DNA of 64,000 nt from Acidobacteriota bacterium (GTDB lineage Bacteria > Acidobacteriota > UBA6911 > RPQK01 > JAJDTT01): positions 384,001 through 448,000 of the forward strand of contig OZ242374.1 of the NCBI GenBank assembly GCA_965209055.1, given 5' to 3'. Positions 57,219 to 64,000 of the stretch are shown piece by piece. Every line of letters starts with the position of its first letter. Position 1 is the stretch's first letter. The notes under the pieces were generated by a model. It did no database searches and was not told where the DNA came from. It worked only from the letters and a program-made list of their open reading frames with translations. The translations under genes and the position numbers were made by a program.

Positions 57219-59054
57219 TCACTTGAGGTCCGAGCGAATCTTGGCGATGAGGTTCGGCAGGTAGATGCGGAACCGCCGGTCCATTCCGGGCAGCTCCTGG
57301 GGCAAGGCGAGGATTCGCTCGAACGCCGGGGCGGCGCGATCGTCCAGGTAGTCGAGAGCGTTCAGTGCGCTCATGGCGACGTGGAGGCCGTGCTTTTCCG
57401 TGTCGGCCAGCTCCACCAGCACGGCCAGGCCGCGTGTGGCGTCCGCATCGCTGCCATGGCGTCCGAGCGCTTCGCCGGCCGCGACGCGCACCGCCGGAGC
57501 CTCGTCCGATAGCGCTTCCCGGAGCGGTCCGGCCAGGGACCGGACCCCCTCCCGGCCTCGAATCAGGGCGCCCAGGGCCGCCCAGTAACGGACCGCGCCG
57601 TCAGAATCGTCGAAGCCGGCCCGGAGTTTGTCCTCGACGCCGTTCCGCATGAAGGTGGCCGACTCGGCCATGCCCATGATCCGCTCCAATGGATACCTCT
57701 TGGGATCGGCCCCCATGGTGTGGGGCGCGTCTGAGCCGGAACGTGTGTGGATGGCGTGCTCGGGCAGGAATCCCAGGTCGCGGATCGACAGCGACCACTG
57801 GCGGCGCGCGGTGCGCAGGCGATCCAGAACGGCCTTGTGCCCGGGACTGTTGGCGAGGTTCCTCGTCTCGTCGGGATCCTCGGACAGGTCGTAGAGTTCC
57901 TCGGCCGGCTTGGTCTCCCAGAAATGGGTGCGCGGGGGGCTCAGCTTGCCCTCGCGGTACAGCCGGTGCCACACGGCCGTCGTCGGCGTCCGGAACATGT
58001 ACTCGACGAACTGGCCGTAGATCCGGTGGGGCATGAAGTTTCGGATGTAGATATAGCGGTGGTTGCGAACGCTGCGGACCATGTCGTAGCGCTCGTCCAT
58101 GCGGCCGCGAAAGCCGTAGAGGTAGGGTTGCGGCGAAGCCTCGTATTCTCCCGCGAAGGCGTGGCCCTGGAAATGGGCCGGAGGTCGGATGCCGGCGAGG
58201 CTGAGCAACGTCGGCGCGAAGTCGATAAAGCCGACGAGTCGGTCGGTTTCCCCGCCCGGCGTGTAATCGGATGGCCGCAGGTGCCGGAACTTCTCGGGGA
58301 TGTAGAGGATCAGCGGCACGTGCAGACCGGAGTTGTAGGTCCAGCGCTTGCTGCGGGGCAGTCCGGAGCCGTGGTCCGCCCAGTAGAAGACGATGGTGTC
58401 CTCTTCCAGGCCTTCTTTTCTCAACTGCTCCAGCACCTTGCCGGCCAGACCATCCATCTCGGTGATCTTGTCGTGGTACTGGGCCCAGTCCTGCCGGGTT
58501 TCCGGGGTGTCGGGGTGGTAGGCGGGGACCCGCACCGCAGCGGGGTCGTGGACGGCCGCATGGGGCCGCTTTCGGATCTGGGACTCGTGGGTGACCGTGA
58601 GATTGAAAACCGAGAAGAACGGCTGGCCGGGCGCGCGCTTGCGCCAGTGCGCCTGCCGGCTCGACTCGTCCCAGACCTGGCCGGGTTTCTCCAGGTTGTA
58701 GTCCTCCTTGGAGTTGTTCGAGGTGTAGTAGCCGGCCTCCCGCAGGTACTGGGGGAACATCTTCATCGTCCGCGGCAGCCGCGTCGACGAGCGCATGTGC
58801 TGCGAGCCCGTGGACGGCGGGTACATGCCGCTGATGATGGTGGTGCGCGCCGGTGCGCAAACGGGAGCCGTGGACCAGGCGGTGCGGTAGATCATGCCGC
58901 GGGCGCCCAGGGCATCCAGGTTCGGGGTGTCGGCGCAGGAGTCGCCGTAGACCCCCAGGTGGGGGCCGTTGTCTTCCGAGCTGATCCAGAGGATGTTGGG
59001 GGCGTTCGCAAGGGCGGTGGTGAGCGATGCCGCGAGGACGAAGATAGCTCGCAT
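57219..59054 (-). CDS. Formylglycine-dependent sulfatase with C-terminal HEAT-like repeats
   Basis: PNILWI..ED, CAPAR (CxPxR), DHG, and HEAT-like DSDGAVRYWAA and DEAPAVRVAAGEALG. Confidence 0.92.
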   Translation of the reverse strand: MRAIFVLAASLTTALANAPNILWISSEDNGPHLGVYGDSCADTPNLDALGARGMIYRTAWSTAPVCAPARTTIISGMYPPSTGSQHMRSSTRLPRTMKMFPQYLREAGYYTSNNSKEDYNLEKPGQVWDESSRQAHWRKRAPGQPFFSVFNLTVTHESQIRKRPHAAVHDPAAVRVPAYHPDTPETRQDWAQYHDKITEMDGLAGKVLEQLRKEGLEEDTIVFYWADHGSGLPRSKRWTYNSGLHVPLILYIPEKFRHLRPSDYTPGGETDRLVGFIDFAPTLLSLAGIRPPAHFQGHAFAGEYEASPQPYLYGFRGRMDERYDMVRSVRNHRYIYIRNFMPHRIYGQFVEYMFRTPTTAVWHRLYREGKLSPPRTHFWETKPAEELYDLSEDPDETRNLANSPGHKAVLDRLRTARRQWSLSIRDLGFLPEHAIHTRSGSDAPHTMGADPKRYPLERIMGMAESATFMRNGVEDKLRAGFDDSDGAVRYWAALGALIRGREGVRSLAGPLREALSDEAPAVRVAAGEALGRHGSDADATRGLAVLVELADTEKHGLHVAMSALNALDYLDDRAAPAFERILALPQELPGMDRRFRIYLPNLIAKIRSDLK

Positions 59055-59067
59055 CGGCTTGCTCCGG

Positions 59068-60885
59068 TCAACGTTCCGGAATGACCGGCAACAGGATGTG
59101 GGACGGGTGTTCGGCGTCGTGGTAGACGGTCTGATTGGCGATGACGATTTCCGTGTCGACGCCGAGCTTTCCGCCGTTGTTCAGGTTGCGGTCGAAACGC
59201 GGGAAGTTGCTGCTGGAGACCTCGACGCGGATCTTGTGGCCCTTGAGAAAGACGTTGCTGACGACGCCCACTTCGATGAAGAACTTGTAGATCTTCCCGG
59301 GTTGCAACAGTTTGGGGTTTTCGAATTGGCCAGGTGAAGGGACCCCGGCTCTGATGGCCGCGGGGTCCCGGTAACGGGCCCGGAGAATGCCGTCCCAGAG
59401 GTTCACCGCCTTGCCGTCCGGGTAGACGTCCAGCAGCTTGACGGTCCAGTCCGTGTCCCGAGCGGAGCTGCTGGCGTAGATGCTGGCCTGGATCGGGCCC
59501 GTCACCTCCAGCTCTTCCTCCAGGGCTTCGGTGCTGTAGACCAGCACGTCATCCCGGTGTTCCACGGGCCGGTGGTCCAGGGGCTCCACCTCGCCGTTGG
59601 GGTCCATCCCCAGGGTCGGGACCGGGTCCTCCGGATTGTAGGTGTACCGGTCGGGAGCTTCTCCGGGGGACGGTTTTCCCGTAGAGAGGGTCCCGTCGCC
59701 GAAGAGGGAATTGGCCCGTCCGCCGCTGCGGAGGTAGAAGGGAGTCCATTGGGTCTCCGGAAGAGGCCATTTTTCAGCGGTCCTCCAACGGTTCTTTCCC
59801 ATCATGAACAGTCTCAGAGGGGGTTCGTTCTCGACTCCGTTCTCGATTCCCTTCAGCCACCGGTCCATCCAGCGCAGGTAGAGCGCATAGAGGTCGATGA
59901 TGGAGTCGACTCCGAAATCGAGCACCCCGTACGCCTGCTTGGGCCGGTCGGTGTGGACCCAGGGGCCCACCACCACTTTCTGCAGGCGCTTGGCGCGTTC
60001 GGTGCCCTCTCGCTGAATCGCTTCGTAATTGGCGAACAGCGACTTGGCGTGCAGGTCGAGCCATCCGCTCACCTGCAGGATGGGGACGTCCATCTTGCGG
60101 AAGTGCCCATAGTTGCTGGCTTTCTTCCAGAACTCGTCATAGCTGGGGTGCTGAATCCAGTCGCGGTAGAACCCGATCGGTTTGCCCGTGGCCTCGACGT
60201 CGGCCGTCAGGATGGGCAGGTGCCGGAACAGCTTGTCCCAGTCGTACGGTTGCCGCGTCTGCTGGGTCCGACCGCGCACGCCGATGGACCAGGGGATGCC
60301 GATCTGCAGCAGGAAGGCCCCGCCGGTGTAGTTCATCCCGTACAGGTATTCGTCCGCCGGCCCCATTTGGGGGGCGATGGCCTTCAGGTAGGGGGAGCCG
60401 GTCTGGGCCGCCTTCCACTGGGTCAGCCCCATGTGGGACATCCCCATCATGCCCACGTTGCCGTCGGACCAGGACCGGGTCCCGCACCAGTCCAGCGTGT
60501 CGCGGCCGTCTTCGATCTCCACGATCCATCCGGACCACTTCCCGTCCGAATCGAAACGGCCCCGGCAGTCCTGGAGCACGTACACGTACCCGCGACGGGC
60601 GAAATACAGGGCCCGGTTGACGTACCAGTCGGAGCTGTTGCCGTACGGAGTCCGCTCCAGGATGACCGGCCACCGGCCTTCCTTCCCGGGGAGATAGACG
60701 TCCGCCGACAACGAAACACCGTCCCGCATGGGCACCCGGACGTCGATCAGCGTGGCGGGCGAGTGTTCCGGCGGCGAGAGCATGTCCTTCCAGGCCGAAC
60801 TCTCCGCCAGAGACGGCGAAATGAGTGTGGATTGCAGGCACATGACGAGAAGTCCTCGGGTCCAGCGGCGAGTCGATGGGATCAT
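59068..60885 (-). CDS. CocE/NonD family hydrolase
   Basis: Start ATG 60885 (GGGAG RBS, overlaps the upstream stop). RTPY, QDCRGRFDS, GMSHMG, GWLD, GPWVH. Confidence 0.9.
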   Translation of the reverse strand: MIPSTRRWTRGLLVMCLQSTLISPSLAESSAWKDMLSPPEHSPATLIDVRVPMRDGVSLSADVYLPGKEGRWPVILERTPYGNSSDWYVNRALYFARRGYVYVLQDCRGRFDSDGKWSGWIVEIEDGRDTLDWCGTRSWSDGNVGMMGMSHMGLTQWKAAQTGSPYLKAIAPQMGPADEYLYGMNYTGGAFLLQIGIPWSIGVRGRTQQTRQPYDWDKLFRHLPILTADVEATGKPIGFYRDWIQHPSYDEFWKKASNYGHFRKMDVPILQVSGWLDLHAKSLFANYEAIQREGTERAKRLQKVVVGPWVHTDRPKQAYGVLDFGVDSIIDLYALYLRWMDRWLKGIENGVENEPPLRLFMMGKNRWRTAEKWPLPETQWTPFYLRSGGRANSLFGDGTLSTGKPSPGEAPDRYTYNPEDPVPTLGMDPNGEVEPLDHRPVEHRDDVLVYSTEALEEELEVTGPIQASIYASSSARDTDWTVKLLDVYPDGKAVNLWDGILRARYRDPAAIRAGVPSPGQFENPKLLQPGKIYKFFIEVGVVSNVFLKGHKIRVEVSSSNFPRFDRNLNNGGKLGVDTEIVIANQTVYHDAEHPSHILLPVIPER

Positions 60886-62798
60886 GGACTCCCCTCCCGG
60901 ATCGGCAACTCGATGAAGGAGGCGTGTTCGCCCCCGTGGTGGATCGTGTTGTCGGCGATGCGCCACTGCCGGCTCAACGGGTCGCCGGTGTTCCGGTTGA
61001 TGTCGAAATTGGGAAAGCTGCTGCTGGAGATGTCCACCCGGATGCGATGTCCCGCCTTGAACAGGTTGGCCGCCGGCTGGACAGGAAGCCGGATCTCGTA
61101 CACTTGGCCCGGCTCCATCAACTCCGGCTTCTTGAAGCTGTTCCGGTACCGGGCGCGGATGATGCCGTCGGTGACGGGGAAGGCGTAGCCCGCCGGGTAG
61201 TCTTCGCTGGGCGGATAGACGTCGATGAGCTTGACGAAGAAGTCGGTGTCGGGAGCGTCCGACGACACGTAGAGGACGGCTCGGAGGTTGCCCGCCATGG
61301 TCACGTCCCCGGGCAGGGGAGGGGTCTGGAAGACCAGGACGTCGGGGCGGGAGGCGGTGGGGAGTCCGGGGATTCCATGGCCCGGGAGGGTCTCCATCTG
61401 AATCTGGTTGTAGGGCCCCATTCCCCGGAACCCGAGTTCCGACGCCGGTCCGTAGGCGATCTCGCAGCGGCCGTCGCTGTGGACCGTGTTGCGCGGATCG
61501 TAGGTGTAGGTGGTGGACTCGGACCCGCCGTCCGGTTCGGCCGCCGACAGAGTACCGTCGCCATGGAAGTAGTACTTCCTGGGAGAGGTGCCGGCGGCGG
61601 GCCATTGCTCGCCGGTCTGCCAGGTTCCTCCGTGGTTCAAACGGTCCTTTTCGCCGCGCCGCCCGTCGCCGCCGCCCATCACGAACACCTTCACCGGGTC
61701 GCCCAGCTCGGCGTTCCCGTCCCCCTTGAGCCAGCGGTTGAACCATTGCAGCTCGTAGTCGAGGAATTCCAGATCGTTGGGTGGAACGACGCCTGCCGCG
61801 GCGCCGTAGTTGGCGTCCCCATTGTAGGGATCCCAGTTGGCGTGGGTCCAGGGGCCGGCCACCAGGTACTGGTCGCGGCGGCCTCTCTTGAGCATCTCCC
61901 GGTAGCCGTCCACGATGGAGCGGGCGTAGACCTCGTACCACCCCGTGACCCACATGATGGGAATCTCCGGATAGTTGTCGAAGTATTCGTCCATGGCCAG
62001 GCTGGGCCGTTGCCAGAACTCGTTGTAGTCGTTGTTGTCGAAATAAAACTGGAAGGCGGCGTCCTCATAACGGGGAGCCACGCTCAACGGCGTCTGCCCG
62101 CGCCGCCACGGAATTCGCGACGCCCACCGCAGAAACCCCTTGGACGTCAGCATCGGCTTGATGGCTTCAACGATTGAGGGGTTCTCCTTGGCCTCCCAAC
62201 TGGTGGTGGCCATGTGCAGGTGCCACCGCAACAGGCCCAGAGTCCGGGTCCCGCCCACGTGCATGCTGTAGTAGTAGGCGTTGTTCGGTCCGGTGTGGGG
62301 GATCATGGTGGCCAGGCCGGGCGGGTTCAGCGTGGCCATCTGCAACTGCACCCAGCCCATGTAGGAGACCCCGTAGGTCCCCACCTTTCCGTTGCTGGAG
62401 GGATGGCGCGCCAGCCATTCCACCGTGTCGTATCCGTCCTCCGCCTCGTCCCGCATGGGAAAGAACTCGCCGCCCGACCGGAAGCGGCCCCGGCAGTCCT
62501 GAATGACCGACAGGTAGCCGTGGCTGGCGAAGAAGGTGGCCGGGTCCTTGTAGAACTCGTTCTCCTTGTCGTAGGGCGTCCGCTGCAGGACGACAGGGAA
62601 CTTTCCTTCCAGGGGGCGGCCGTCTTGGGCAGGCAGGTACAGGTCCGTCGCCAGTTCGACTCCGTCCCGCATCGGGATCTTGACATCCTTCAAGACGACG
62701 ACGTCCATGGATTTCCCCTCCGCCGCCGGTCCGGCGGCCGCAACGCTAAGGCAGGAGAATCCCGTTGCAAACAACAGAGTCCACGGCAAACTCCTCAT
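60882..62798 (-). CDS. CocE/NonD family hydrolase
   Basis: Start ATG 62798 (MRSLPWTLLF signal). RTPY, GVSYMG, GWYE, GPWTH, SSSSFPNFD. Confidence 0.92.
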   Translation of the reverse strand: MRSLPWTLLFATGFSCLSVAAAGPAAEGKSMDVVVLKDVKIPMRDGVELATDLYLPAQDGRPLEGKFPVVLQRTPYDKENEFYKDPATFFASHGYLSVIQDCRGRFRSGGEFFPMRDEAEDGYDTVEWLARHPSSNGKVGTYGVSYMGWVQLQMATLNPPGLATMIPHTGPNNAYYYSMHVGGTRTLGLLRWHLHMATTSWEAKENPSIVEAIKPMLTSKGFLRWASRIPWRRGQTPLSVAPRYEDAAFQFYFDNNDYNEFWQRPSLAMDEYFDNYPEIPIMWVTGWYEVYARSIVDGYREMLKRGRRDQYLVAGPWTHANWDPYNGDANYGAAAGVVPPNDLEFLDYELQWFNRWLKGDGNAELGDPVKVFVMGGGDGRRGEKDRLNHGGTWQTGEQWPAAGTSPRKYYFHGDGTLSAAEPDGGSESTTYTYDPRNTVHSDGRCEIAYGPASELGFRGMGPYNQIQMETLPGHGIPGLPTASRPDVLVFQTPPLPGDVTMAGNLRAVLYVSSDAPDTDFFVKLIDVYPPSEDYPAGYAFPVTDGIIRARYRNSFKKPELMEPGQVYEIRLPVQPAANLFKAGHRIRVDISSSSFPNFDINRNTGDPLSRQWRIADNTIHHGGEHASFIELPIREGSP

Positions 62799-62889
62799 GA
62801 GTGATCTCCCGTTCTCGTTGATTGACTGGGCTGGAAGCTGAGTGAGAATTTGCGGCTCAGAATATGGAGGGTGAGCCCCGATGTCAATT

Positions 62890-62970
62890 GGAGCGGGGGT
62901 TGTCAACCCCCGATTCGGAGCGGCGGTTTCCAACCGCCGAATCGGAACGGCGGTTTCCAGCCGCCGAATC
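62890..62970. repeat. Three tandem 27-bp REP-like units
   Basis: GGAGCGGGGGTTGTCAACCCCCGATTC / GGAGCGGCGGTTTCCAACCGCCGAATC / GGAACGGCGGTTTCCAGCCGCCGAATC. Confidence 0.85.
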
Positions 62971-63059
62971 TTGCACAGGCTCAAGACGGTCCCCTCTTAT
63001 GCATTGGAACTGCCTTGCTATCACCAGAGAGGTCCATTCGCTATACTTTTCAACAACCC

Positions 63060-64000
63060 ATGAGTCCGGCAATTCCGGGACTTTGTTTCTTTATCTTTGC
63101 CGCTTCCGCCGCACTCGGCCAATCCGTCCGGGACGAGGAATCCGAGCAGCACTTCAGAAAGTGGCTGGACGAGGACGTCCGCTTCATCATCAATCCGGAG
63201 GAGAAGACCGTCTTCCGGGGCCTCTCCACGCCGGAGGAGAAGGAGCGGTTCATCGAGCAGTTCTGGCTGCGCCGGGACCCCGATCCCAAGACCTCCATCA
63301 ACGAGTTCAAGGAGGAGCACTACCGCCGCATCGCCTACGCCAACGAGCGCTTCAAGGCGGGACGCGACGGCTGGCTCACCGACCGGGGACGGATCTATAT
63401 CGTGTTCGGTCCGCCGGCCCACATCGAAATGCATCCCATGGGCGGACTTCACAACCGTTCGCTTTCCGAAGGGGGCGGATCCACCGTTACGTTCCCCTAC
63501 GAGGTCTGGACCTACCGTTACATCGAGGGCCTGGGAAACGACATCCTCTTCGAATTCGTCGACTCCGGCATGAGCGGCAACTACCGGCTCGCCCTCAGCC
63601 CGGACGAAAAGGACGCCCTGCTGATGACCGGCTACGGGCTGACCATGGAGGAGTTCTTCGGATCCAGGACGCGCCTCGACCGGGTCCGGCAGCAGGGGCT
63701 CCTGCGTCCTCTCGATCACACCAGTCTCGGCATCAACAAGAGCAACCTCCAACTCATCGAGGACTACTTCAAGGCCCTCACTCCCCCCAACATCAAGTAC
63801 AAGGACCTGCAGAAACTGGTGGGGACGCGCGTCCACTACGAGGAGTTGCCCATCGGCACCCGGGCCTCCATCGTCTGGGTCAACGCCGAGCAGTTCATGG
63901 TGCCGGCCACGCTCCAGGTCTGGAACCGCCTGCTGACCTATCAGCCGGAGAACGACATCCGCAGGGCGCGGGTCGAGATCTACGGCGCCGTTCATGACCT
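63060..64000 (+). CDS. GWxTD domain-containing protein, runs off the window
   Basis: Absent from the ORF track. Hand translation from ATG 63060: signal peptide, KWLDEDVRFII.PEE...ERFIEQFWLRRDPDP.T..NEFKEEHYRRIAYANERF..GWLTDRGRIYIVFGPP. Confidence 0.9.
   Translation, partial: MSPAIPGLCFFIFAASAALGQSVRDEESEQHFRKWLDEDVRFIINPEEKTVFRGLSTPEEKERFIEQFWLRRDPDPKTSINEFKEEHYRRIAYANERFKAGRDGWLTDRGRIYIVFGPPAHIEMHPMGGLHNRSLSEGGGSTVTFPYEVWTYRYIEGLGNDILFEFVDSGMSGNYRLALSPDEKDALLMTGYGLTMEEFFGSRTRLDRVRQQGLLRPLDHTSLGINKSNLQLIEDYFKALTPPNIKYKDLQKLVGTRVHYEELPIGTRASIVWVNAEQFMVPATLQVWNRLLTYQPENDIRRARVEIYGAVHD

Noticed and set aside
60886-61953. 961-aa version of the CocE gene, and similar 5' extensions at 2135-2581, 39438-39701 and 62799-62984
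   Set aside because: The extensions overlap other real genes or translate REP repeats. Internal starts with RBS, gene overlap or signal peptides fit better.
62890-62970. Tandem 27-bp palindromic repeats (also 7260-7315) as a CRISPR array
   Set aside because: The units are adjacent with no unique spacers, no cas genes are present, and the same motif is dispersed singly, so it is REP-like.

Overview
GC-rich bacterial chromosomal DNA, most likely Acidobacteriota. This rests on a GWxTD-domain gene, two TonB-dependent receptors with an N-terminal carboxypeptidase-regulatory-like domain, and TPR/ASPIC-UnbV clusters. The PhyH, CocE and sulfatase expansion and a MORN-like repeat protein suggest a host-associated (sponge-type) lineage, which is inference only. 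Layout: (1) 1-13.9 kb, an envelope cluster of four TPR proteins, a TonB-dependent receptor, a 7-heme cytochrome c and two CRTAC1/ASPIC-UnbV proteins. (2) 13.9-15.1 kb, a decayed IS1595-family element with an intact hicB-hicA pair. (3) 15.1-23.9 kb, a catabolic cluster with an extradiol dioxygenase fused to a DUF6081-like domain, a TIM-barrel isomerase, a GH127-like Tat lipoprotein and four dehydrogenases. (4) 24-38 kb, a broken AbiE locus, a sugar porter lacking a normal start, amidohydrolase, copper amine oxidase, ECF sigma factor, PhyH and CocE genes. (5) The soxBDAG sarcosine oxidase operon. (6) 43-64 kb, more catabolic genes, a second receptor, a vapBC-type pair, a sulfatase, two CocE hydrolases and the GWxTD gene. 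A REP-like palindrome family occurs at seven sites, and many abrupt gene stumps indicate heavy deletion and shuffling. No rRNA, tRNA or CRISPR array was seen. All family calls are from motif recognition by eye, not database searches.
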